Of a stretch of DNA of 64,000 nucleotides, positions 37,680-51,846 are shown in pieces; position 1 is the stretch's first letter; the number at the start of each line of letters is the position of its first letter. The DNA is from Gracilinanus agilis (Eukaryota): the NCBI RefSeq assembly GCF_016433145.1, contig NC_058131.1, forward strand, positions 27,708,992 to 27,772,991. Direction: 5' to 3'. The notes beneath the pieces were generated by a model. The model ran no database searches. It saw nothing but the letters and a program-made list of their open reading frames with translations, and had not been told where the DNA came from. The position numbers and the translations under genes are program-made.

Positions 37680-38889
37680 TCCATGGTCATGAGAGAAGGT
37701 AGCATCCTCCTCTGAATTTCAAATGGATTGGTGGTATCTGTTTCTTGAACTGGATCTGTGATTTCATCAAAGTAGGGGAACTTCTAGCATGGAAGCTCCC
37801 TCCATTGATGCATATTAACAACTAAACTATAACTTTTAGTGCTCGGCAGTTACCTGGAAAACTGAGAAGTTAAATGGCTTGGCCTTGATCACCCAACTAT
37901 GATGGTTCAGAGGGAGGCTTTGAACTCCAGGTTCTCCTGACTCCTAAGATGACCAAACTTTCCACTTAGCTGCATTTCTTGAGTAAATAGAGAAGTGAAA
38001 ACTCAGGAAGTGGAGCCAAGAACGACTGTAGACCCTGATCTCTTCTTGTCTTAGTATATTTGGTTCCCAGGTTTCATCAGGTCATTATGATCTCCATTTT
38101 CCTTAGGTGCTTGCTGCTAGGCTAAGTTGAATCTACAAAGAAGGAGCCCAAGTGCAGCTGTTTACTCCCTGTATGACTGACCTTAAGAAAGGAGAATGGC
38201 ATCAAGATGGTGACATGAAAAATAATCATTTTGTTTTCTCTCAACAGCCTCCTCATAGAAATCAAGTAAAAGTCACAATGAGCCATTTTTCTAGCCCAGC
38301 ATAGGCTGAGAAGATAGAAAGATCTGTAGATCCTGGAATAGGAGCTGACCAGGAGCAGAGCATCAGTAGCAGTGCCATGGTAGGCTATGATGATGACAAC
38401 AGTTTGAGGAAGCAGTAGTGCCTGGGAACAGTGAGGGAACTAAGCATCTGGGCAGAAAAAAGTCCCAGTCCCAGGGGACCTTTGTACCAACATTGGGAGC
38501 AGGAATAGGTGCCATGTGGAAGTTCTGGCATTGATTATTCCATTCCAAGTCACAGTTCCAGGAAGAGAAGAGCAATCATTGTCAGAAGGACTCAAGGACC
38601 CTATCTGAAAACAGAGCAAAGAAGAAAAAAATTCTAGAACCACAGCTGTGTGGCCTATAAACCCAAGAGCAGAGTGTTCTAATCTTTCACCCATACAGTG
38701 GAATAATCTAGGTCAAGAGACAAAAACCAAGGAGAAATTGATAGTTTAGTGGCTTTCAACCTGCAGAATCTCCCAATAGACTGTGATTGAGTCCAATAGC
38801 AAACTATTGAAACTAAACTGCACACATGCCAAAATACTCAAATTGAGTCAGAACCTTTGGAAGCACAGACCAAGAAAGTAGTAAAGAGC

Positions 38890-39135
38890 TGTTGTTGTTG
38901 CTATTAAATCATTTTAGTTGTGTCTGACTCTTTGTGAGCCCATTTGGAGTTTTCTTGGCAATGCTACTGGAGTAGTTTGCCATTTCCTTCTCTAGATCAT
39001 TTTACAGGTGAGGAAACTGAGGCAAACAGGGTTAAGTGTTTTGCCAAGTGTCATATAGTTAGTGTCTAAGGCCATATTTGAATTAAGGAAGATGAGACTG
39101 CTTGATGGCCCAAAACTCTACTTACTATACCATCT
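38890..39135 (-). mobile_element. MAR1-type CORE-SINE
   Basis: gtgtctgactctttgtgagcccatttggagttttcttggca...gaggaaactgaggcaaacagggttaagtg; similar copies at 44620-44860 and 54530-54850. Confidence 0.75.
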
Positions 39136-39139
39136 AGCA

Positions 39140-40310
39140 TTTCATATACTAAACAGAACCTTTACCAGATTCTACCACTTGGTAAGTATCAAAAACTTAA
39201 AGGTTCCCCAGACCAAGCTGTGAAGACATCACAACCTCAGAAAAGATAGAAGCCCAGGGCAGTCATCTTCTCTCAGAGGTGAACAGAGCTGAATTCTAAN
39301 AAGATAGAAGCCCAGGGCAGTCATCTTCTCTCAGAGGTGAACAGAGCTGAATTCTAACACAAAATTCGAAGTCAAGAATGAGCTGAAAAAAGTAAGCAAA
39401 TAACAAAAAAAGGACCTGACCATAAAAACCTACTTATGGCAACAGGGAAGCTTAAGACACAAATCCAAGAGAAAAAATAGCTTTAAAATATTTACACATA
39501 AACCCTGAAAGAAAAAATGCAGATTTGGCAGAAACCCAACAAGCATCCCTAGGTAAGTTAAAGAAAAATTTTAAAGTAGCAGGGAAAAAACGTTCTTAAT
39601 CAAAGAAGAATAGTAAAGGATAAGTTGGGAAAATAAATAAGTGGTACACAAGAAAATTATGAAAAGATAAATAACAACTTGGTTAAAAAAGGTACCAAAA
39701 TACTGAAAAAATAACTTCTTATATATAAGAAGTGGCCAGATGGTAAATGAGGTACAAACCAATATTGAAGAAAACAAGTTCTTAAAAGTTTGACTTGGTA
39801 AAAAAGGTACAAAAATATCATTTAAAAAAATAAGTGCTTGAAAATTATAATTGGTCAAATAGAAGCTAATGACTCTGAGACATCAAGAAACCATAAAACA
39901 AAGTTTAAAATGAAAAAAAATGGAATAAAATAGAAAATATCTCAAGAGAAATGATTGACCTGGAAAATAAATCAAGGAAAGATAATTTTAACATCATTGA
40001 ACAACCTGAAAGCCATAAATAGAAAAAGGGCTTAGATATCATATTTAAAGAATTTACAAAGGAAAGCTACCCAGATATATTAAGACTAGAGGACAAAGTA
40101 GAAACTTGAAGAATACATGTTACCTCTTGAAAGAAAATCCCAAAATGAAAGCTCCCAGCAATATTATAGGCAAAATCCAAAACTCCCAGATCAAGGAGAA
40201 AATAATGAAAATAATAAAAAATAAATAATAAAATACAGTGGAGCCATGGTCAGGATCATACAAAATTTAGCATTTACTACGATAAAGAAACAAAGAACTT
40301 AAACTATAAT
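39140..40310 (+). mobile_element. L1 5'/ORF1 fragment in gene B intron 1
   Basis: A-rich ORF1-like sequence (gacctggaaaataaatcaagg, cccagcaatattataggcaaaatcc). Confidence 0.7.
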
Positions 40311-42061
40311 CTTAAACCAGTCACTTTACCTCTTGGGGTGTCTGTTTCCTCACCTGAAAAAGGAGGAAGTTGAACTAAATAACTCCAAATCCTTTCAAAC
40401 TCTAAATATAAGACCATGATCCTAAGATCCTAGGCAGGTCTCTGGTCTACCTACAAAAAAAAAATAGAGTTGCTTCTTTCTCATGGGAATTTCTAATTTT
40501 TCTCATTGGTAGGGCTGCTCCTGTCAGTTGTTTCTATAAACCAAAGATCAGTGGGGACATCTTTAAGTCATCAATGTCTGTAAAAAATACCTTCTACATT
40601 GTAGTCAGCAGTGACTAGCCTCTAAATGTTAAGAGACCCAGAACTTCCTTAATCTGCCTCACCTTTCCTGTTTATATCCCAACTTCAAAGGTTCTAGGAC
40701 TATCAAAGGTTCCAGGACTCCCAACACAAATGCAGCCAACCAATTCATCCCTGGCTTATTCAATGTCTAGGGGAAGCTTTTCCTTCATGTTCTTTTTGAT
40801 CATTAATCATCATTATCATTGCCATCATTTCAATCTTCTCAGTCTTTTCAATGAGATTCAGATAGAAATGATCCTAGAACAAGTCCCTAGCTGGCTGACA
40901 TTCTTGTTTATTTAATATGCTGGAAACTATTGCAAACATGGATAAACTAATTGCAAAACATGGATTAAAAATAAAATTTAAAAACTTATTTTGATGTAAA
41001 CTCATCCAATGTAGACTTACTTAAAGCAGTCTGAGTACAGGGTGAGTAGCAGATGGGACAATAGAGGTGACATGCATTTCATCCTGTTGGTGGTGCTATT
41101 AGCACGAGCAGAAGTGGCAATAGTCATAATAATACTTAGAGTCACACTTGGAGTCAGGAGGAACTAGGTTCAAGTTCTGTCTCTGACATATGACTGTATG
41201 ACACTGCGTAAGTCATTTAACCTTTCAGGCAACAACTTAGTTTCAAGGAGCTCTCAGGAGATCTAGAGTGATGAAATGGAATGTCTAGAATAATAATAAC
41301 AGTCACTGGCAAATATTTCTAGGGTGCTTTAAAGATTGAAAAAGGCTTTACCTGCATCATCTCCTTTGAACCTTTCCCACAACCCAATGGCAAAGATACA
41401 AGTTGAAAACTGGAGATGCTCTCATTTGGAAAAGGAATGGCTGACTGAATACAAGGTGAATCAAACAAACAAAAAATAAATTAAATAAAAATTATTTTTC
41501 ATGAAATTCCAAGTGGGCATTCAGTGAACTGTGGGCCCTATCAGTGATGTCTCTTGTTTCTCCTCCCTTTTTAAAAATCTTGTCAAAGTTGATTAACTTT
41601 TCATTCTTCATCACTCCTCTCACTCATTTGACAGCCTGGAAGTCTCCATCCTGCCATCTTCTCCAGATAATAGCTTAAGTCTGTTTTTTTGGAGGCGCTT
41701 AACTTCACTCCCATCCCTCTCTTCCTTACATTGCCCTCGTAGCCTCAGTTCCTGCTTAGCCCTAATCCTTTTCAATTCTTGGACATGGACATAAAGTAGA
41801 TCAGTATTCACTCTCTCGGGTCAAACCTCATTTTTTCCTGGAAGATTTTCCTGAACTTCTACTTGGTTAAGTGGAAGAGAAGTAACCCAGCAGAATCATC
41901 CCCTGTCCTTATGGTTCTAGTCATAACGCTCTTGTTAGTCTGCCTATTTAAATGTCTACTGTCAATAGCAGGATTATTCCAGGGTAGGGTCCGAATGTTC
42001 CCTCTCAGATCCAAACCACATTGCCTTCCATCCTTCCCCCCACTTGCTTCCCTAGACTCAC

Positions 42062-42155
42062 CTGCCTGGATCCTCATTACAGAAAGTACCCCCATAAAGA
42101 GCAGCAAGGATGACAAAGACCCCCTCTTTCTTTTCCTTCTCCTTTGGCTGGCCAT
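42062..42155 (-). CDS. Gene B leader exon
   Basis: MASQRRRKRKRGSLSSLLLFMGVLSVMRIQA then G|gtgagt (phase 1). Flanks are homologous to the gene A leader region. In-frame upstream ATG at 42182; the ORF-track start at 42188 is TTG. Confidence 0.85.
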
Positions 42156-42400
42156 CCCATTCCACAGGTGACTGCCTGGCATCTGCAATCACACTCTTGG
42201 TGGTAGAGGTTTCACCTTCCAAACTCTGAACCCCGGTGGTGTCCAAAAGAGAAACAAGGTCTCTATATAAACCTTGGCTCTTTACCGCTCATCTCCAGCC
42301 TAGTTTGGATTGTCCCTGCCCAGGACTAGCCCTCCTATCATTTCTGGCTGAGATATCTGTTGCTAGGCAGAAGCTGAGCATATCTGGAAGCCTTGAGAGT

Positions 42401-42427
42401 AGAAATGAAATGAAGTCTGTGGTGAAG
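42401..42427 (-). promoter_or_regulatory. Conserved IRF/ETS + RUNX promoter module, gene B copy
   Basis: Plus-strand AGAAATGAAATGAAGTCTGTGGTGAAG; 21/27 identical and ungapped versus the gene C copy. Confidence 0.6.
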
Positions 42428-43473
42428 ACAGGAAATTCTAGAGTGGAGTCACCATCAGGTGTCACTGAGAAATATGGGTGACACATATGGCATTTGTAGT
42501 GTTTGAATTTAGAAAGTACTATGTCTCATAATGGACACAAAGATGCACTCTAGAGGACTTTAATTCTGAAAACATGGACTCCTTTGTGTGTGTGTTTGTG
42601 TATGTGTGTGTGTGTGTTTCTTATTTTACATCTAACAGGGCTTAGACATTCTCATTTTCCCCACAGGCAGAGAACCTCAGTGACAAACCAATTCAAGCTT
42701 TTCCTGACCAAGAATCCCTTCTGCACCATCCTCAACAAATGAAGACATCTAATGATACCATCTGATGCTTCCTGCTTTCTGTGATGTGTTATTCCATTGG
42801 GGGATTCCTCTAGTTATTAATAAACTTTTTTTCCTTTCCCTGGAATGAAGTCTGTCTCTGCAATTTTCAATCACTGATCTTAGCTTATCCTTTCTGGGGA
42901 ACACAAGAATAATTCCTCTGATCAAATTTACTTGTGTTCTTTCTCGCTGTCTAGGATTCATAACAGATCATTGATTTAGAGAAGGAAGGGACTAGTGGAC
43001 TTATTTAGTCCATCTCTCTTATTTTACATTTGAGGAAATTGAGGCTTTTCCCAAGCTCATAGTGATAGCTGATGGTAAAGTCAAGATTTGAACTCAGGCC
43101 CTTTGATTGCAACTCCAGTGCTGTTTTCACTACACCACACTGCTCTCTGCAGCAAAACTCCTTCTTCACCCTTAGATCTTTTTCTAGGATAAAATAAGGT
43201 TGGGGTGGGGTTCTCAAAATTAAAATTCTTAGTTGTTACAATTAGTCAGCATCACCACCACCCCTCACTGAAGGCTTTAAGCAAAGGTGTGCCAAAGACA
43301 TTGTAGAAGGCTCTCTAATCCAGGTAGACTAGTTGACTTCTGCCATCTTATCCAACTCAATAAGGCCGTGTGATTCAGTAAAGTTTTCTCTTCCTCCAAA
43401 TGCCATATTATCTTGGTCTCTGTGGTCACTTTAATCTTCTCTATCTTTTCCATCAAAGAGAACCCCAATGCTT

Positions 43474-43484
43474 GGGGATTCCCC
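43474..43484. promoter_or_regulatory. NF-kB site identical to the MHC class I enhancer A kB1 sequence
   Basis: GGGGATTCCCC, about 1.3 kb upstream of the gene B ATG. A related GGGGATTCCT lies near 42800. Confidence 0.35.
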
Positions 43485-46400
43485 CATAACTCAGCAGGAT
43501 GCTGTCTAGTGACCTCAATAAGGGAAATGAGCAGAATCAAATGTCAAAGTGGTATGTGGGGGAGAGTCACCCACAGATTGTGGTCCAGAGTGAAAGGGGG
43601 AACATCAAAGAAGAGTTCATTCAAGAATGATAGGATCGGAGTTTGTTTCTGGAAGGGACCATAGAGATCACCTAATGCAACCCTCTCACCTTCTGGATGA
43701 GGGAAAGGAAGCCTAACGAGGTAAATCCATGGAGGTAACTTACCTTTGTCAAAAGGCACTACAGTATTGCCCTGACTTAGACTCCAGACTTTGTTCATGT
43801 AAATCTCATTAGAGCTATAATTACAATATGGCACACTTTGCCCATCAATACTAAGTATCAGTTCCAAGGCAGAAGAGAGGTAAGTTAGGCAACTGGATTT
43901 ACATGAACTGTCCAGGGTAACACAACGAGTAAGTGTCTGAGGTCAGATCTGAACCCAGAAACTTCTGTCTCCTGGTGTGGATCTCTCTGCACTGAGCTGT
44001 CCAGCTGCTCCTGGCCCACTGTTTTCTAGTCACACATGTCTATGGTGACTTTTCTACCTCTGCTGCTCAAGTCTTCATTCATAATGTGGTGCAGGTGGGT
44101 CATACCATGCACTGCTCCATTTCTCATTGATGCTATAAAGAGCTTCAGACCCTCTAATTCCATGGTTCAGGGCCACCCATTATCTCCAAAATAACATTGG
44201 TACTAAAAGAGTAGGAACCTTTTGTTCAGGGAAGAGTTTGGGAGTCAAAGAACTCCGCAGTTTCTCAAAAGCCCACTGACATAGTCTTCTCTTTGTTGAA
44301 ATTTGCAGCCAGCCCCGCTGGATCAGTCTCTAATCTACATCACCAGTCCTCCCAGAGGCTGGGGACTATCCAATCAGGGAAGAATGTGTTGAGTTTATGC
44401 TTCCCCTTCTCTGAATGGTGAGGTCTTTCTAGCACCTCCATTTGGGATAAAGGCCCAAACATCTCCCCATACCTCCCCCTATTGACTTTTCAGCTCCTTT
44501 TGTGTTGTCTTCCCTCATACCAATGTAAGCCCCATAATGATAGCAACCTGTGTACTTTTTTTTCTAATTATCCTATCCCCAGGGCTTAACACAGTGCCTG
44601 GTATGTTGTTGTAGTTCATTTGTTTCTTTAGCATCCACTTCATTGTGACCTCTTTTGGCGTTTTCTTGGCCAAGACACTAGAGTGATCTGCTATTTCCTC
44701 CTCCAGCTTGTTTTGCAGATGAAGAAACTGAGGCAAACAGGGTAAAGTGACTTGCTCAGAGTCACACAGCTAGTAAGTATCTGAGGGCAAATTTGAAATC
44801 AGGAAGATGAGTCTAATTGGCACCAAGATTATAATTCTTTCCACTGTGCCACCAGATGCTTGGTATATAGTAAGCACTTATTCATTGTCTGTTGACTGAT
44901 GGACAAATTATAGTCAGCCCCTAAGCTAAAGCTGTGAGGATATAAGACCCATTCAATCCACAGCCTTAAGAGCACTGTGCTCATGTTAGGGGAAAAAGAA
45001 CCACAGACTTGAAACAATTGGTAACTTGCTAATTTGATGGATATGGGATCTCGTCCATGTGAGTAATCCTTTCCATGGAACAGATTGCAACCCATCCATG
45101 TCAATATATCCTGTAGGACTCCTGGCCACGTCCTCTGATAGATCTTCTACCAGGGATTCACTGAACATGCTGGCAACCTTCCTTCAGAGGAAACAGCTTT
45201 GGAAAACTATAATCATTAAGAAATGTTTTCCTGGCATCAAGCCTCTAAGCTACATCTATTTATTGTTCCTAGTTCTGCCCTCTGAGATCAAAAAGAATAA
45301 ATCTAATCTATCTTAATTTGGAAGAGCCTAGAGCCTCTCAATTTCCCAGAGGGACCCAGCATTCCTTGACACACCTCTATTCCCTACTTCATCTTATGGG
45401 TTGATGATTTCCTTCTTGACCCCCTTTGAAAAAATTCCTAACCCTGCTTCTGGTTGAAAGTACCCTCAAGGGGCTGAAAGAAACTAAGGACTGTGGGAGT
45501 CTAATCTCTATTCTAGGAAAGTCCTCTCCCTCCTCTAGCCTCTTCAACATGTCACATATCACATTCTAGTTTGGATCCCAGTTCTTTATGCCCATCTCCC
45601 TCACTGGAATATGACCACCTTGATGGCAGAGACCAAAGCTTCCGCCATCTTTTAAACCTTTGGTCCCAGTCCAGTGCTATCTCAGGAGGCACTCTTTATA
45701 GGATGAGACATTTTTCCTCCAAACCCTACCTACAGGGACCCTTAAGGATTAACAAACATATCCTTGTGTATCTGAAGGAAGAGGGATTATTTCCAACTGA
45801 AGTTAAGTTGCAGACAATCAGTGTTTATCCATACTTTGGACCAGGATAAGCAGTTAGAAGACCTGTGTAATATGAACCACAGTTTCTTCATTTGACTACT
45901 TATTTTGAGACACTGTTATACTGAAGTTGTGTGTAGCAGGTTCTTCACAAATATTCCTGTGGGGGCCTTAGCGTTTCACTACCATAACTTGTGTGTTACA
46001 CTTAAGGATTTCCACACTCACTCAGCTTCAGCTCCTCCTATCATCAGAGGACCCCCTTTTTATATAACAAAGGATGAAGCTCGCCAAGTAAGTGACTTGT
46101 GAATTCTCTTACTTCTCCAAGTGACTGTAAGAAGGGGAGAGTCAATCCTATCTTCACACTACCTTTCAGCTTCCTTTTGTATAGTGTCTTCCCCCCATCA
46201 GATTGTAAACTCCTTGAGGGCAATGACTACCTTTCTTTTTCATATTTGTATCCTCAGCATTTAGCACAGTGCCTGATGCCTAGTAGACACTTAATAAATA
46301 TTTATTGACTATCATCACTTGCCAATCAATTGCTTCATGACTCCCGTCCTCATTCTTGTGACTCACCAGATCAAACCTTCCCTAGTCACCACTCTTTTAT

Positions 46401-48889
46401 TTGTGTTGTTTTCTCCCACTGAAATATAAGTTCCGTGAAAGGGAGGGGATTATATTCTTTTGGTATTTGTATACCAAGTTTTGGGTAATGTGTAGCACAT
46501 AATGAACATGTAAAATGTTTTTCATTCATTTATTCCAGCATCTTCTGACATTAAAATGCATGTGCCTGGGGATGGTTTTTTTCCCCCTTGGGAGAATGAG
46601 GACGGTGCCACCTTGGCCCCAAATGTCTATCACTTGCTTGCCAATATCCCTGGGCAAATATTACCCTCTTTGTTCCCAGTCTCTTCACCTGTCAAATGAG
46701 AGGGTTTGACTCAATGATCTCTAAATTCTCGTCCAGCTCTCTATTTCAAACCTAAACTCTATGATGTCAGAAGGAAATGATCCTTTCAAATTTTTCCTTT
46801 AGGAAGATCCAGGCAAAGAGCTGATCTGAGCCAGCAGCTCAGCATTCTCTCTCAAGAGACCAGAATGGGGAAAGGGAAAGGATCTGGGCTTAGCCTAAAC
46901 AGAAAATCAAGGGATCTGGATGTCCTGGTCCAAGGACTCCTTGCCATACCCTTCCATATTCAGTTGTTGAGGTAAGAAATAACTGAGTTTGGGGAGCTAA
47001 AGGGAGTGAGGAGGGGATGAGGCAAGGAGGGCAGGGAATTCTATAACCTGCCACTTTCTCCAGAATGAATAGGGTTGTTGTTGCTTTTTTTTTTCAGAAG
47101 GCCAACAGTGACAGAGGCAGAGAAGTAATCTCCTAATCTCTCCCTAACTCTCCTTCACAATCCCCCAAACTCCTCCTCTTTCAACTTGAGAGAATCTGAA
47201 CTCTGTCCTTCTTCATGATGCACAATCACCTTTTTAACTGAAAACTCCTTGTGTTTATCTGTTGTAGGGCTTGAAGTGGAGAGTTGGAGCCTGTGCATTT
47301 GGGTTGGGGGGCAACTGCTCTGCTTCATGTTTTTGTTGCTTACCTGAGTCAGGATGTGGCCTGGCCTTTTCAGATCATGGAGAGAAGCAAACCAGCAAGA
47401 GGAAACAATCTCTTGTCTCTGCTAACTTGAGCCACGTACCTGCTTGGACATGGCAGGCTGAGTTTCTTTTCTATAAGAGACAACATTAAGGTAGGATTGC
47501 AGGCTGTGAACTACAACAGGCTGCAAAAACTCAATAAGGCTTTTGAAAACTAGAGATCCCAGCTGAGACATGAGAAGTGAGACACTGGTGAACGTGAAGC
47601 AGATCCATTTTGCTGCAGTCTCCCGTGGATTGAATAAACAAGGCCCTGAAAATGCAGACTCAGCTTCCAAGACGAGGAGGAACCTGAAAAAGCCAATGAT
47701 GAAAGCAGAGAATGATGGAGCTCTCGCCTAGTCATCATGGACTTGATCATCATAAGACCAACCGTAGGGATGTAGGACAGACACTAGCTTTGCATTCCCT
47801 AATGAAAATTATATTTGGAAACTTGAGGCACAATTGGAAGAACTCATTACAGTCTATCATAACTGTGAACGTGTGTAGGAATTCTCAAAGAAATCGTTTC
47901 AAAAGAAATTATATTACTGGCCAAAATATGCTATATTTGTGTAACAGATGTCAAAATTCAGTAACAGTATGAAGAACAGATTATTCATCATGTCTTTCAC
48001 ATGCTTGGGATAAGCTCAAACCAGCTTTTCTGTGGCAGATTGTTAAATTTTCAGCATGAGCATTTATACCTCAAAAATCACCACAAATCAAGGCTTGATT
48101 TATTGTTTTGTTGATTGTCTAGACTTGGGAAAGTGAAGAGAAAAATGCTAGCAATGCAGATTAAACTGAAAAGTGTATCCTACTTACATTTTCCCCCCAG
48201 AGACTTAGTTGTTAAACATTAGCCAGCACATTCTTGCTTGGAACTCAAGCATCCTGATGCCCAGCTGACTAATCAAGCTATTCTTGTTCTCTGATTAAGC
48301 TGTGCACTAAAGAATGGATCAGAGAGGACTCTAGATAGAGCATGAGGCTGTAGAGGTCCCTGGAATGCTCTTCTTCCTCACCTCCACCTATTGTCACCCT
48401 GGCTTCCTTTAAGTCCCAACTAAAATGTCATTTTCTATAGAAAGTCTTCCTCACTCTCTCTTAATTCAATTGTGTTTCCTACTTATTCTAGATGTAGCTT
48501 GCTTCATGCATATTTTTTTTCCATGTTGTCTCCTTCATTAGATTGTAAGCTTCTAGAGGGCAAGAATGATCTTTTGCTTCTTTTTGTATCTCTAGCACTT
48601 AGCACAGTACCTGACACATAGTAGGCACTTAATAAATGTTTATTCAATTGAGTCAAACCCCCTTGTTTTACAAATAAAGACAATGAGGTACAGAGAGGTG
48701 AAATGACTTGCCCAAGTCTACTCAAGCAATAAGCATCAGAGGTGGCATTAGAACCTAGACATGACTCCAGAGCAGAGATTCTTTTCATTTGAGAAACAAA
48801 ATGGTGAGTGCTTCTGCTTCATTACTCTCCTCCTGACCTCCCCATGGACTGACATAGAACGCTCCTTCCCCACCTATATGTTACTAGAC

Positions 48890-48985
48890 AGATGATAGAT
48901 ACATAGACGGAGAGAGACACAGAGAGAGAGAGATGTTAGATAGATAAGAAGATAGATAGATAGATAAATAGATGGAGAGATGGAT
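48890..48985. repeat. (TAGA)n/(GA)n microsatellite; other short tandem repeats near 12995 (TA), 26080 (GA), 32305 (TAG/TGG), 42590 (TG)
   Basis: Direct reading of the sequence. Confidence 0.8.
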
Positions 48986-51846
48986 CAGTTAGCTATCATC
49001 CTTCATACCTGAAGACCAATGGCATCATTACATTGGGCCAATGTACAATGTGGCAAACTGGCTGATCAGATCAATAGGAACGTGGACAAAAATACCACAG
49101 GTCAGGCACAAATAACCCACATGAACATTTGGGATGAAGATATCTCTTAATTTGTACATCTCACATTCCTTTTTGAGCTACTGCAATTCTGCTTCACCTG
49201 TAGAGAAAAGGACATTCTTGATGAGATAGATGATAGCTAAATAAATGGAAAGATAGATGATAGGTATATGGATGAAGAGATGGGAAATTTGGTAAATATA
49301 CATAGACATACATATTCACATGTATGTCACATACTGGTTTTCTTAAAGGAGGACAGCAAAGACAAAGGAAGAGCTCATTTAACTGCACTTGATGAATTTG
49401 ATTTGCTTTGTCCAGATGTTACATTTTCTAGTACTAAAAGAAATGAGTGACATAATTGTGGAACCATTTATAGTGATCTTGAAAACATCAAAGCTCTGCA
49501 GGACTAAAGACAGTGAAATGTTGTCCCAATCTCCAAAAATAAGAGGGAAGAATAGAGTCTGCATGTGATAGGCTAATGAACTAGGTCCGTGTGCATCTCA
49601 GCAATTTTCCTCTTCAGATTTTCACTCAGGTGACCCTTGAACACATCGAGCACAAGCATTCCTATTTTCTGTGTTTTCCTTAAGAACTTCCAGTACATTT
49701 GAACAATGTTGTAACATGAATTCTCAATTCATTTATGATGTAATGATTATAAATAGATGCACTAAAATGCATGCTGAGGCGCACAATACACAACTTATGG
49801 TTTCAAAGCTGGAAGTGCTTAAATATAGTGCAAATGTGACTTTCAAAGGTACATATTAGGGGGAAAATCACTCTATATTTGGTCTAATACAGTATAAATA
49901 AATATATATGTACACATAGAAATATGTGTTTAAGCAACATAGATTTATACACATGCATCTAGGAGACTTCCTTCTATATAGTAGGTGCTGATTAAATTTG
50001 TTGATGAATTGAGAGACACTGTTTATTCTGAAGCACTGCTTATCTCTCTATGCTATTAAGGATATAATGGCAATTCAATGTTTATCCCCTTCCTGGTATC
50101 AACAAAGGTGGTCACAATGAATTAGTATGCATTAAATGCTTACAAATGACCAGAATACAAAAACACAAAAAATGAAATCCTCTTTGATTTTAAAGAGCTT
50201 AAATTCTATCTGTGGAAATAAGAAGAATGCATTTAGAATCACTTTTTCTAAATGGAAAGGATATTAGTCTTCATAAAATTCAACCCCCTCATTTTACAGA
50301 TGGGGAAACTGAGATCCAATAAATTTAAGTAACTTTCTTAAGTCATTCAGAAGTTGGATTTGAACTCAGTTTCTCTAACTTGAGCTAGGTGACCCAGTGA
50401 ATAAGGTACCAGGTCATCAGTCAGGAAAACCTGATTTCAAATCTAGTTTTAGATATTTACTAGCTATATAACCCCAGACAAGTCACTGTACTCTTCTGTT
50501 TGACTCAGTTTTTTCAACTGTAAATTGGGGATAATAACAGCACCTACACCCTAGGGTTGTTGTGAGGATTAAATGAGATATTTGTTCAGGACCTGGCACA
50601 TGGTAGATTAGCATCAGCATCATCACTAGTATTCTATTATCCTGGTTTTATCCAAAAACAAAAATGTAGGGTTTGGAGGAGTGGAAGGTGGGAGAAGAGG
50701 GAGGCCAAGAGAGGCTCAATGTAGAGAGTCGTACCTGAACCAAGCATGATAGGAAGCTAGTAACTGTAAGAGGTGAACCAATAAATCTTGCACTTTGGGG
50801 AGGGTACTCGAAACGTAGCCTCTGCTCTATATTACCTAAAAGTAGGGAGATAAAGGTAGGTAACTAATAAAATTTTCTTCACGGATATTATGAATTAACT
50901 CTTCCTCTTTGAAGCTCCTTAATCCCATACTGAACTTTATTCTGTGGCCAGGTTCTCTCCCAGTCACCTCTTTGATGGAGGACTTTACTCTTTGTGGATA
51001 ATGACAGTGGTCACTAGTTGGCTCTTAGATATTGTGACCATATTTGAGGTCATCTTTCTACTGGAGGAGGTGAGCAGAATTCCAGGGACCACAAAGGCCA
51101 CCAAGTTGGAACTGGAAATGATCTCAAATGCTAGGAGAATGCTTCTGAAATCAAAGCCCCTGAGAACAAATTGAAGGAATAAAGTCCTTTCTTTGATAAT
51201 CACAGGGACTTTTCTATGTGTTCTAACATGGGGGAGGATGTAGGAGACAAAGGAAACTGTAGCCTGGCATACTCTCTCTCCCTTCACTGACTATTTCTCC
51301 CTTTTCCCTCACTTTGCACAAAGAATCCATCACTCACCTCGAAAACTCATTGTATGTCACTCTTTCTCCCTGAGGATTGTGACCTTGAATCAAACATTTC
51401 TAGAGCACCTGTTGTGTACCCAGACTAGAGCTGATGACTGTGAGGATTACAAGAGAAGGTGAAGAACAACTAGGCTTTGCCCTTGAGGAGCTATGAAGGG
51501 AGAAATAATTTGCAAACAAGTTTAAATGTTTACAATAACTCCTTATTAAACAGTGATAATACTGTGGAGAGAGATCCAAGGCAGAGAGACAAATTCCAAT
51601 ATGTCAAGTGTTAGGAAATGGGGATCTATACTTGGTAGTGGGAGTTTCAGAGGAGAGAAGAATGTGCTCAGTAGTGTCAAATGCCTCAGAGAGGTCAAGA
51701 CTCCTATACTGTAGGCTAGAAAAGAACGGGGGGCGTGGAAGTCTGTGGGACTATGGGCAGAAACTATCAGGTTAAGGAACAACATGACCATGAGACTAGA
51801 CCTCAAGAACAACAGAAGCTATTCTTTGTTCTAACACTCATTGCCA

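Noticed and set aside
39243-39357. Perfect 57-bp direct repeat
   Set aside because: The two copies are separated by a single N at 39300, typical of an unmerged contig overlap (assembly artefact).
47270-48010. Non-repeat-looking, coding-like segment (…NYIWKLEAQLEEL…YYWPK…CNRCQ…)
   Set aside because: It has multiple stops and frameshifts, and I cannot assign it to a gene or transposase family. It needs a translated database search.
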